Shown: positions 43,359 to 56,940 of the stretch, in pieces
How positions within the stretch are numbered: position 1 is the first letter of the stretch
How the letters are laid out: each line of letters starts with the position of its first letter
Assembly: GCF_009914755.1 (NCBI RefSeq)
Contig: NC_060930.1
From: the human T2T-CHM13v2.0 reference genome, Homo sapiens
DNA length: 64,000 nt
Reading direction: 5' to 3' (one strand)
The notes under the pieces: generated by a model
Seen by the model: the letters and a program-made list of their open reading frames with translations, nothing else
What the model was told of the DNA's origin: nothing
Database searches by the model: none
Position numbers and translations under genes: made by a program

Positions 43359-46300
43359 GACTGGTTCTCCATTCCTGTGGTAGGCAATGTACCCCACAAA
43401 ATGTCACTGCCCAATCAAAGGCCTATATAAAAGTACTAACTGATCCTAAAAGAAACAGAAAATAACAGGCACTCTTCCTATGTTTCTTCATTTATCTACC
43501 TTTGTGGACATCTGCTGAAAATTGTGTATCCACCATAACTCTTACTCAGTTACAATCATAGTATAACCATTGTATTAGGACCTGAGATAGATGCAAAAAT
43601 AAATATGATGCAGTCCTTGGCCTTGAAGATTTTACAGTGTGGTAGGGAAATATGGATATAGAGATTTACATGCAAAGAAGTCCTTGAATTGGATAGATTC
43701 ATGTGGAAACACAGAAAAAAGAGTAACTAATTCTTCCTAAAGTGAGTGTTTGGGTAGTGAAAGAAAATTAGGAAAGGCCTCATAGGAATGAGATTTGACC
43801 TTGGCTCTGAATAATAAAAAGCATTCAAGTCATAGAAAACACCAAATGTAAGGCTGAGAGTAGAAATAAGGATGATGTCTCTAGCAAATGGAAAGTTTGG
43901 AGGACTTAAAGGAGAAAAGTGTGGAAATAAGTCAGGAGATGAGACTGAAAGTGGAAGTTTGAAAACTTTTCTTAAAGGGTATCATATATTGGGCTGAGAA
44001 GTTTAGACTTAAGGACTTATCTTATCATATGCTAGATGGAGTGGAGAGAAGACAGGCTGCAGGCATAGTGACCATTAGAACACATTTAGGAAAACTTAGG
44101 AGGAGAGATAGCAGGGCAGCAACCTTGGGCACTGGCCTTCAGTAGAAGTGATAACCTCAAAGGCCTCTAGGGCTCTGCAGGTATCTTGAATAATTAAAGG
44201 GCTGAGTATAAGGCAACAGAAAGTCGTGGGACCTACAGTGGCAGAAAGACTAGGTGCGCCAAAGCACTCAAATTCAATAAAAAAAGTAACAACGACAACA
44301 TCTTTGTTGAACAAATAGAGCTCATCTGGGGATCAGATTTGTTCTGCAGATGTCAGTTTGCCACTCCTTGATCAATATAGAATGATCTGTTTACTCTCTT
44401 TTTGGTACCCTTTCAGAAGAGACAGCATTCCTGATCTTCTCTGGTGAACTATGCTGGTGTTCGGTCACTCTGAAAGTCAAAGACTTTGGTACTTTCTCAA
44501 CTTCTGCTTCTTTAGTTCAAATTCACTTCCTTTTTTTCTACCTTCAGTGTGGCCACAGATCATTTGGTTCCCCGCCTACCCATTCTTAGAGTCTTTCATA
44601 TTTTTTACCTTCCAACTCAAAGTACATTTTGTTTAAAATCAATACATGAAATTATAGTAATAACCACAACCAAGATTTGCATAACACTTCATGCTTAAGA
44701 TGCATTTTCATCCCCTTTTTTTGAGGTAGATAAGGCAAATTTTTCAGATTAAAAAAAACCCAGACTTCATTTAAATGGCATATGCAAGTCATACAGCTGG
44801 AAGATGGCAGTGGAACTTTGGTCTCTCTCACTAAGTCAGTTTGCTCTTTTCTTGACCTCATCGTGCCTCCCATGGCCTCTTTGCAAGTTGGATGACTCAT
44901 CTGCATATTTGTTCTGTCTAAGTACAGAGAAGAAGAATACTGGTTCAGAACTTAGAAAACAATGGCATTTTAATAAAAATGACACTTTGGACCTTAAAAA
45001 CATTAAATTAATCTTTTCTTTAAACCCACAATTTTGTTGACAGTGTGCTAAAATGATGAATATTTAAAAGTTTAATTTTTTTTCTTAATATGGAAAATTT
45101 ATTCCACTGACTACTTTTAAAACTCTTTAACTTTGAACTCAGTCATTTGTTTATCCATCAAATCTTCATTATCAGATATTGTGCTAGAAATACAAAAAGG
45201 AATAAAACATGGTTTCTGGCAGCAACTCAAGCTCCAGGTCATTTCTGATTGCCTCCATGCTGGACCCAAGAACTGACTATCTTCTGAAGGCTTTTCCCCT
45301 AATACCCCTCTGAAAGGATTTGTACAAATATATCAATATTTTTGATGGGACCATCTCAAGTTTTACTCAACTATAAGCAAAACTGGCAAGCATATAGCAT
45401 TCTTTGGACAATAGGTAAACAGAAAAATCATGTTGCCTACAAATGTATTTTTAAACCAAAAAAATGTGGGGGATGAGGGTGATGATCCAACTCAGAGAAC
45501 AGCCATTTTCAGTAGACTGTTCTGAAAAAACAACTGATTTGTCTTCTTGTTAAGATTCAAGAGAGAATTGCATTTATGTAACTTGAATAAACATCTAAAA
45601 TAATTAAGGATTGCCTGAATTTGAAAATCATGACTGCCAAATTTAAAACAGAGATGGAAGCAGCCAATAGAAGAAAATCAGTTAGTGAAGTACAAAAGAA
45701 TTTGCAAAACTCTCCCAGAACACAGAAGAAATGGGTAAAAGATTGAGGTGATGAGTGAGATTTAAAAATATGGGGAAAAGATCACGGAGATTCAATCAAG
45801 GAATATAGAATTCCCAAAAGAGACAACTGAATTGTTGGGCCAGAAACAAAGATCAAAGTGTTAAGATAAGAAAAGATCCAGAGAAACTCAGTGTAAACAT
45901 CTGGACATTGAAGGTGTGAATAACATTCCCATTCACGTTGTTTTGTCATAACAAAACAATGACAATGCTCAATCATTAACAGAATGTAAAAATCCTAGAC
46001 ATTTTCACCACCCTGTCCCCCTACTCCTGCCCCCGCCCCCGGCCCGCAACGCACACAAAATAAAACCAACAACAACCCACCAAGTTATCTACTGTGTCTG
46101 TTAGGATTCCTGCAGGAAACAGCAACCACCTCTGATGGTTTCATGAAGAGACTTTAATAAAGGCACTACTTACCGAAAGGATTAAAAGAGCAAACAGGAA
46201 GGTGAGGCACCCAGAGACTAGCAACAACCTGTTGATGTCTCTTGGGCTAAAGAAACAAGAAGAGGAAGTAAAGTTAGCAGAGCAGGGGCCCTGTATGTGT

Positions 46301-46832
46301 TCTAAAATCACAAAGGGACACAGCTGCTGTTAAGAGATTCTGCACTGGGCTAGGGGAAATGGGGAAAAGGTAAGTTCTGACCTCTCTCTCCCCTCCTGCC
46401 CTCTGATCACCTGCTGGTACTTTCCATTGCCTGAACCCAGCCCGGAGCCAGCAGGCAAGGGGGCCAACAGAGGCAGAAAACAGCTGTGAGCCTTTTAGTG
46501 GTCACAGCAAGGTAGAGAAACATTGAATGGATTTGGAGGGCTGGGTGAGGACTTGAATAAGGAGTATATTTATCAAGGATCAAATAACTAGTTCAATTGA
46601 GAAATACTCAGTTAGCTTTGGAAAAAAAAATACTATAGTACACGGATTCCATATTCAAAAATACTGTAGTACATTAATTTGTTGTTCATGTGTGAATGAA
46701 GTAAAAAAATAGTCAAGGATAAGCAAGGACTTAGGGAAACTTCTAGATGATTCAATGAGTGTAAGACAAACTCAATCTCTGCTCTCTGAGCTTATATTCA
46801 TGTTAAAATTAATTTGTAATGAACAGTGTCAT

Positions 46833-47291
46833 GTGCTGGGAGGAAAAACTTCTCCTCTCCCAACTCAGGTCCTACTGGTTGGGGGCCTGTGAATTAAGTG
46901 ACAATAAACAGATTAATAGGAGAAAAATATATTAGGCATGCAGGAGTACCTTATATAGAGAGTAGCTCCCAGAACAGTTAGAGTCTCTTAGACTATTAGT
47001 CTAGTAAGACAGTCTATTAGTCTCTAATAAGAAGGGCAGAAGTTAGAGTTTCAAAGGTTGAAAGGTTCTGATGGGGCTCATTCACACCATTTTTTTGGAT
47101 TGTCCTGTTGTGCAAGGCCACTACCTTCTTGAATGGACACCTCCCCAAAGGGGCTTCAGGGGCAGCTGACTCTCATAAAACACTGTCAGATGAAGGAAAT
47201 TCAAAGATTTCTTTCTGAATCTTCTGCAGCTCAGATGTCTTTACTTTGAAGTATCTCCATACCAGTTTGATGGGCTGTTGGTCTCTTCACA
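46833..47291. mobile_element. ERV1-class LTR remnant (MER34-group-like)
   Basis: TG..CA ends; shares AGATTAATAGGAGAAAA with the element at 47.9-48.4 kb. Confidence 0.45.
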
Positions 47292-47948
47292 TGGTAAGGA
47301 AAGTGGAAGCACAGGGTGCTACAGGTATACCTTGGAAGGGAAGAACCTGGTTCAGCATGATTAGGGAGAGCTTGGAAGGAAGTGGGGTCTTAGTTGAGAC
47401 TGAAGGGTGAGTAGATGTTAATCAGGCACAGCACCTCAGGAGAAATCCAGGAAGAGGGATCAGTAATATGTACCATGTACCATCAGGTTGGCACCCAGTA
47501 GGTATTGAGCAACCATGATACGAGAGTTAATTAAAATAACCTAACAACTAAAAGTCTTAAGAAAATGTTCACAGGGAACTGATGTTATATATACATTTAG
47601 GAAGTATATACTGATCGTCCATTAAGGAGCTGGCACTGGGACACAAAAACAAGTAAAATGTATTCAGACCCATGCTTTTGACTGGGCAGTCCCAGAGGGA
47701 AGCAGGTAGAGACTTAGAGAATTAAATAAGCCCTTGATGAGAACTGTATTCAAAGCACCATAGGGAAGTGTGGTTGCTATGATGCATCCTATCTCCCCAC
47801 TTGTCTGCTGAAAAGAGCTTTGATTTGATGTGCTGCACTTGACCCCTGGATCATCTCCTTTCCTCCTCAGAACTTTGCTGTTATGTTTGGGGATATTCAA
47901 AGTGTCACTAATAAACTTAATATTAATGCCTTTATCATCCTTGTCAAT

Positions 47949-48433
47949 GAGAACCATAGAGGAGAAAAGATTTCTTATCCATTGCTAGGTTCATAGCTGA
48001 GGCTTCTATAACAAAAGACAGATATAGATTAATAGGAGAAAAGCATACAAACTTATTTAATATAAGTCTTGCATGACACAGTAGCCTTCAGAAATGAAGA
48101 TCGAAAGAGTCAGAGAAACCTGTGTATTTTCATTCCTGAGTTTGATGAAGAAATGGATAGTTGTGGAAAAGTATGACTGGGTAAAAGAAGTATGGTCTAA
48201 TGATGGTAAACCAGGAGGAGCTTAGCAAAGCTTGTTTGTTCTCTGGGTCTTCAGAGCTCACATGAAGGTCTTATGGCCTATTCAGGTGAAGGTCAGAAAC
48301 TCCATTTCTAGAACTAATAGCCTGCTTCAGGGGAGAAGGGTGGGAGAAGGTCAGAGAGAGACGTTCCTGCTTCTGCAGTTTTCTCAAACACCAAGGTGCC
48401 ATATTTGGGGATAGCATATCCTCAGCCCCATCA
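47949..48433. mobile_element. ERV1-class LTR remnant (MER34/MER39-group-like)
   Basis: ATTAATAGGAGAAAAGCATACAAACTTATTTAATATAAG and terminal GGTGCCATATTTGGGGATAGCATATCCTCAGCCCCATCA. Confidence 0.55.
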
Positions 48434-48682
48434 GAATCATATTCTCAAAGATCTGTCAGCCAGTTGGCAATACTATCTCTGTCTCCACTCTTCATTTCCT
48501 TTCATTTCTATGCTTTATCATGGTAAGAGAAATAGTGCAGCTAACTGTTTAGTTTCCCAGAAATTTGGAGGAAATTACTGAGGAAATATCTTGTCAAAAA
48601 TCTCTTTTTAAATTTGTTTATTCAAATGAAGAAAGCATAGGGAATTCTTGAATAGTTCTACATTAAAAGGCATATCTTGTAT

Positions 48683-49508
48683 TGACTAACAAAGATTTTC
48701 TCCTTGACAAAATTTTAATAAGGCTCCTCTGAGCCCTCTGCTTGACTAGACCCACCTTGGGCTTCTGTCTCCATCCTTGCGGTAGAGTCCAGTTTGGGCA
48801 AGAATCCTGTCAAGTCGATTTACACAGAGTCTTCCACCCTCCATATCTAATCAAATTACCTGTACCCATCCCCCACCATGTCCCAGGTGACATCTAATCA
48901 CCCTGGCCTGCCTTCAGAAGAATCTTGTTATGTCAGTTTAGTGAAGAATTACCCTACTGATATGGTTTGGCCCTGTGTCCCCACCCAAATCTCATCTCAG
49001 ATTGTAATCCCCATAATTCCCATGTGTCGAGGGAGGGGCTTGGAGGGAGGTGATTTGATCATGGGGATGGTACCCCCATGCTGTTCTCCTGATAGTGAGT
49101 TCTCACAAGATCCAGTGGTTTTATAAGCGTTTGGCAGTTCCTCCTTCATGTCCTCTCTCTCTTGCCACCATATAAGATGTGCCTGCTTTCCCCCCCACCA
49201 TGATTATGTTTTCTGAGGCTTCCATGTGGAACTGTGAGCCAATTAAACCTTTTTGCTTTGTAAATTACCCAGTCCCAGGCAGTTCTTCACAGCAGTGTGA
49301 AAACAGATTAATATAACTACCCTTTTAGTGAGGTTCCATCCGTGGAACCCCCCAACTCTGCTCATTGGCTGTAAATTCCCACTTTTCCTGGCTGTATTTG
49401 GAACAAGCCCAATTTCTCTCCTCTACTGCAAAACCCCATTGAAGGAATCCTGAGTAAAGTCTGCCTTACTGTTCTTAACAAAAGTGTGAGAATAATTTTT
49501 TTTTAACA
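48683..49508 (+). mobile_element. MER31-like ERV1 LTR split by a THE1 LTR
   Basis: Starts ...CTCCTTGACAAAATTTTAATAAGGCTCCTCTGAGCCC; ends AGTAAAGTCTGCCTTAC...TTTTAACA. Confidence 0.55.
48958..49315 (+). mobile_element. THE1-type MaLR solo LTR
   Basis: TGATATGGTTTGGCCCTGTGTCCCCACCCAAATCTCATC start; near-perfect 5-bp TSD CCTAC/ACTAC. Confidence 0.88.
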
Positions 49509-50359
49509 TGACACACATTTCAGTAATCATTATCCTTAATAATTCTTTAAGGGACATACAAAGAAAAAAAGTAGCACAAAAAAGGGAAATAACCACAAAA
49601 TGTGCTTGGTAATAAGGTACATATAGCCTAAAATGAGATCATCAATAATTAGAATTGTTCAAAGTTACTTCTCCTCTGGAAAAATAAGATTTTTATATTT
49701 ATAGTTAAATGTGTAATTAAGTATTCTATGCATGTCATGTATAAAGGTATATTTATGCAATGTAATTTTAATCAGCTTTCTATATTATTTATCAATAAAA
49801 ATAAGAAAAAACCAAGAGTGCTTTGGACTTTAATATGCAGAATCTTAACTCTCACATCCTGTCACTTTTGTGGGAAAAAGTAAATGGTTGGATAAGAAAT
49901 ATGCTGATTGAACTTATTTTCAAGTTATGAAAATAATGTGATTCTTGGTAGCTATGAAAACAGAGTAGTCTCTAATGAAATATATGCATGAAGGGAGCTA
50001 TTAAGTCACACTTTATCTTCTTTATCTGAGTTTGTGATAAAATGTTCCCCACTGCTTAAAAAAAGCTGCAGTGAATTGAAGAGCTAAACTCTCTCCATCA
50101 AGGGACTAATGATTCTCCTGTTAAAATGTAAATGGAGCGGCCTTGAGTGGTTTAAAGCTTGCTAGGAAAGACTGTGGAATTGTCATTATCCTGTCATTAC
50201 TGTGGCTCCCCACAGGAGCAATTGTAAAGGGGAAGGAGGGTTGAACTGAACTTCTAAGTGCCAGGGACACTTCTTGTAGCATTGAGGCAGTTAAGAGAAG
50301 AGCCTGGTATTCCAGAGATGGCAAGTGAGGAAGCAAGCACAGGAAAGCGTTTTAGAAGG

Positions 50360-50783
50360 TGATATATTAATAGTTTGGATATTTGTCCCCACTCAAGTCT
50401 CATGCTGAAATGCAATTCCCAGTGTTGCAGGTGGGACCTGGTGGGAGGTGTTTGGATCAAGGGAGTGGATTTCTTATGAATGGTTTAGCACCATTTCCTT
50501 GGTGCTGGCCTCCAGATAGTGAGTTCTTGTAAGACTTGGTCATTTAAAAGTGTGCGGCTCCCCACTGCCCCACTCTCTCTCTTGCTCCTGCCTTTGCCAT
50601 GTGATGTGCCTGCTCCCACTTCACCTTCTGCCATGATTTTAAGCTTCCTAAGCCCCCAGAAGCAGATGCCAGTGATGTGTTTCCTGTTTAGCCTGCAGAA
50701 CTGTGAGCCAAGGAAACCTCATTTCTTATAAATTATCCAGCCTCAGGTATTTCTTTTTGGCAGTGCTAGGACAGCCTAATACA
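50360..50783 (+). mobile_element. MST-type (MSTB-like) MaLR solo LTR
   Basis: TGATA...TAGTTTGGATATTTGTCCCC...CTAATACA; perfect 5-bp TSD GAAGG (50355-50359, 50784-50788). Confidence 0.88.
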
Positions 50784-53009
50784 GAAGGTCAGGTTAGAGA
50801 GAAAGTCCTGGGTAGACTCAGAGGCCACAGCCACTGTTGGGGTGGGTGAGGACAGGTCTGAAAAGATTATGATTTTTTTTTTTTGGAAGCCAAAATAAAT
50901 CATTCTGTTGCTGGGTTCAATCTGGACTTTATTCTTTCAGAGCAGAAAGGGGCTCAAAGGCAAGAAATTGTCCTTGGACTGGAAAGCAGAAATGAAGTAA
51001 AACAGGAGAGGTCCATGCGCCTCTGAAATTGTGTGTAAAAATGCATGTGTCTCTGTGTCTCTGCCTCTGTGGGGAGAAGATCAGATCTTTAGCAAGCATC
51101 AGATTCTCAAAGGGGTCAATAACTCTATCCTCTTTTCCCCTTCTCCCTTCGCCAAAGAAACTAACAAAAAGTCACTGAATTAGAAATGAAACTTCCCATT
51201 TATGGAGTTCTTGTCATCTGAAAGAGAAGTGTCAACAGGGGCCACTTGAAAGAATTTATTGTTTTAGACATGCCAAGAGAATTGATTAACCTAAGCTTAT
51301 AGTTGTAATGTTTTCTCCCTCAACTATATGTCATTTATCTCTAAACTCCTTCACACTATAGCGAAATTTAATTGTGCATTGAAGTGAATCTGTGTTAAAC
51401 TAATGGGTTAAGTGGAATGAAGGAAAGTCTTCTGAGAAGAAATTAAAGTGCAGAACTCAAAGGACTAGACTTTCAATCTATTTTTCATAGGATATCTTCC
51501 CTCCTGTTCCTCCCACCTTCAGGCCCCAGCCCATATGTAGCATCAACAAAAACCTGCCTTTTCCTACCAGACTGTATTACCCACATGACTTTCATCTTTA
51601 CTCACAAGATTCATTTTCCGTATTATGTATATGTTTGGGCCCTTTCTCTGTCTGTCCCCATGCTACTTAATGTGGAGTGACAAAACCTGGGTACCACACC
51701 GGAGCAAGGTGTCATTATCAGTGTGGCATTCGCTGTCCATGTCAGGTTGGGTTTGCAGGCGGCTTGCAGTCCAGGCATCTGGCAGCTGCTCTTTGTGTAA
51801 GGTTAGTTCCATTGCAGTGCTGAGCAGCATTCTCAGGAGGCAGGTAGCATCAGAGGCACTTAGAAATGGAAATGGTTGGCACTGAACTTGGTGACTGGGC
51901 TCCTTTTATGTCATTTAAGGATTTATTCATCATCTAGCTGGAGGGGAAGTATGTGCATGTTCTCAGTAGTTATAAGTTTAATGCCAGAATATAGGCACAC
52001 ATTGCTGGCAGTCTTTTTAATGATATGATAAAAAGCTTTCAGAGGCGAGAAGGTAATGGTGGGGAGCAAGAGACTGTGACAAAAATAGGGACGTCATAAT
52101 TTGCCTCTCCTCCACATTCCTGAATTAGAATGTATGGGAAATTGACTCTGGGGTAAAGCTATTTCTGCTCTTCTCTGCTCTCATCCATTTAGTGCAAATG
52201 AAAATGCTGAAAAATTATGGACCCAGAAATCCTAATGTACATGATGTAACGGAATCTTAAAGACATGAACAAGAACATCTAAAAATATTTTCCTTGATAG
52301 AAATCTGATATAACCAGGACATTTGATAAGATTATAAATTAATTCACCTATTATTCTAGAAGCAAAACTAGTTAGGCTAAGGATACGGTGTATAATATAG
52401 CAAAGAAAGCTTTTTCCTTTCTGGAAATACTGTTTTTCAAAATGAGTATTCAAATTTTTTAAGAGGAAAATTCATACTAGAATTTTATATACATATATTT
52501 TTTCACGTGTTAAAACTTTTAGAACAAAAACCTTAACATACTCCCTGAATTTTATATTTCTTACAAAGGATATTGAATTAAGTATTCAAGAGTGTTTTAA
52601 GTATATTTATTTTCTGTGGCATTATACTTAGCCAAAATCATTTTATGCTATATGCATTTTCTATATTTTACTTTTTTTAAAGAAAATATAATTTTATACT
52701 TGTTTTAATATTAAAGATGATTTTGAAATAATTTCATATTGTGGACAGTCCTACACTTCACAGATTCATTTGTAAAATTTTAATGGAGCATTTTGTTTAA
52801 AGAAGGGACTTCATATCAGAAGAACAATTTCCCAGGTGGAACTCTTCTCAAGTGTGATCTCCTACTATTATAGTTTGAAGTTCAGAAGTCTTTAATAATG
52901 TCACTCCAACAGTATTTGTGTCCTATAAATTAAATATTTTAAGTAAAAATAGGTGAAGGGCATTTACCATCATATTTGTTTACATTTTTTAAACAAATGT
53001 ATTTTATAT

Positions 53010-54660
<1,651 letters not shown>

Positions 54661-55511
54661 AATTAAATGTTTAACAAATATTTTGAAGATTTTTCTTAAC
54701 GATTGTTTTAATATCTTTCCTTACCCATCCTTATTTAAGTTTTTTAAAAAGGCCAATTATGATCTCAAATAGAACTGACTCAGATATCTTAGTTCTTTTA
54801 ATTGGTAAACAAATCAAAACTAAGCTCTGTTTCTGAAGCTCCATTTCCTCTTCCAAGACTTCTCTGTTAACTCTAGCAGTTAGAGAAAATACACACTTTA
54901 TCGCTATTCCAAAGGGAGACGAACTGGGCTGCAACAGCCAGCTCTGCTGTGACATAGAGCATGCTCTTTCCTCCTGGCTTATAACTCAGATCTACTGAAC
55001 AGTAAGGATAATAATTTAGTGGTGCATGTACACTTCAATAAATGCCCACTTGAGGAAAATTTTCAAAGGGAAATATAAATATGCAAACTGAACTCAAAAT
55101 TTCAAAATGTCATGAAGAAAAATTTTATTTATGTATGTATATAGTTATATATTGAACCACAAGCTTTATCTGAGTACTTATCTTTTTGGTAAGCAAGATA
55201 AAATTTCTATCCTCAAAGAATTCAAAATCTTAAAATAAAAAAATCAATGTTTACAACTTATTTTTTTTAATATTATAATAGTGTCTGTCTCTTAACTGTT
55301 TTGCCTTAGCATCTTGCAATATCTGGCACATAAAGAATATAAATGAATATTTCATAGATAGATGGATGGACAAACGATGTTATTGAGGGATGTGGTGGGA
55401 GATAAAATAAGAGATACCTGAAGGTCAGGTCCAAAAGGGCCAGGCATACCATGCTAGGAAAATACTCTTTATGTGGAAGGCTAGGAGCATTTTGTTGTTA
55501 CTGTCATTTTA

Positions 55512-56940
55512 ATATTACTTTTTTTAAAGAACAGTTTCTGGTTCACAACAAAATTGAAGGTAGAGACATTTTTCTTCTATTCTCTACGCCTACATATGTG
55601 CAGCCTCCCCAACTATCAACATCCTGTACCAGAGTAGTACATTGGTGACAATCAATGAACCCACATTGACATATTATAATCACACAAAGTTCGTAATTTA
55701 CATTAGGGTTTGCTCTTGGTGTTATACATAGTGTGGGTTTGGACTAATCTGTAATGAGATGGATCCACCATTATAGTATCACACAGAATAGTTTCACTGC
55801 CCTGAAAAGTCCTCTGTGCTCTGCCTAGTCATATCTCCCTCCTCACTAACCCCTGGCAGCCACTGATTCTTTTACCGACTCCAAAGTTTCTGCCTTTTCT
55901 GGAATGTCAGATAATTGGAATCATATAGTATGCAGGCTTTACAGATTGGCTTCTTTTACTAGTAACATGCATTTAAGTTTTCTTCATGTCTTTTTCACAG
56001 CTGGACAGCTCATTTCTCTTCAGTGCAGAATAATATTCCATTGACTGGATGTACCATAGTTTATCCACTCACTTGCTCAAGAGAACATATTGGTTGCTTC
56101 CAAATATTGGCAATTATAAATATAACTGCTATAAAAATTTATGTGCAGATTTTTTGTGGACATGTTTTAAACTCATTTGGGTGATATCAAAAAGCACAAT
56201 TGCTAGATCCTGTGGTAAGAGTATGCTTAGTTTTGTAAGAAACTGCCAAACTCTCTTTCAAAGAGACTACCATTTCTCATTCCTGCCAGCAATGAATGGG
56301 AGTTCCTGCTGCTCCACATTCTCACTGGCAATTGGTGTTGTCAGTGTTCTGGATTTTGGCCACTTTAATAGGTATGTAGTGGCATCTCATTGTTGTTTTA
56401 ATTAGCAATTCCTTAATGATATATGATGTTGAGTATCTCTCCATATGCTTATTTGTCATCTGTATATCTTCTTCAGTGAGGTGTCTATTCAGTCTTTTGC
56501 CCACATTTTAATCTGGTTGTTTATTTTCTTATTGTTGAGTTTTAAGAGTTCTTTGAATATTTTGGATTACAGTCTTTTATCAGCTTTCTCTTTTGCAATT
56601 TTTTTTTCTCTCAGTCTGTAGCTTGTCTTCTCATTCTCTTGACAGTGTTTTTCACAGAGCAGAAGTTTTTAATTTTAACGAAGTCCAGCTTATCAATGAT
56701 TTCTTTCACACATCATGCCTTTGGTGTTGTATCTAAAATGTCATCTTCAAACTCAGGTTATTATCTAGGTTTTCTCCCATGTTATATTCTAGGAGGTTCA
56801 TATTATAGTTTTATCTTTTACATTAGGGTCTACGATTCCTTTTGAGTTAATTTTTGTAAAGGGTATAAAGTCTTAGTCTAGATTTATTTATTTATTGCTT
56901 GTGGATGTCCGGTTATTCTAGCATCATTTGTTGATAAGAC
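55512..56940 (-). mobile_element. L1M (L1MC-like) 3' fragment with ORF2 C-terminal remnant
   Basis: Minus-strand peptide RLNRHLTEEDIQMTNKHMERYSTSYIIKELLIKTTMRCHYIPIKVAKI resembles the L1 ORF2p C-terminus; T-rich plus strand. Confidence 0.85.

Noticed and set aside
56049-56845. ORFs with L1 ORF2-like peptide
   Set aside because: Fragment of a decayed L1M element; not an intact ORF.
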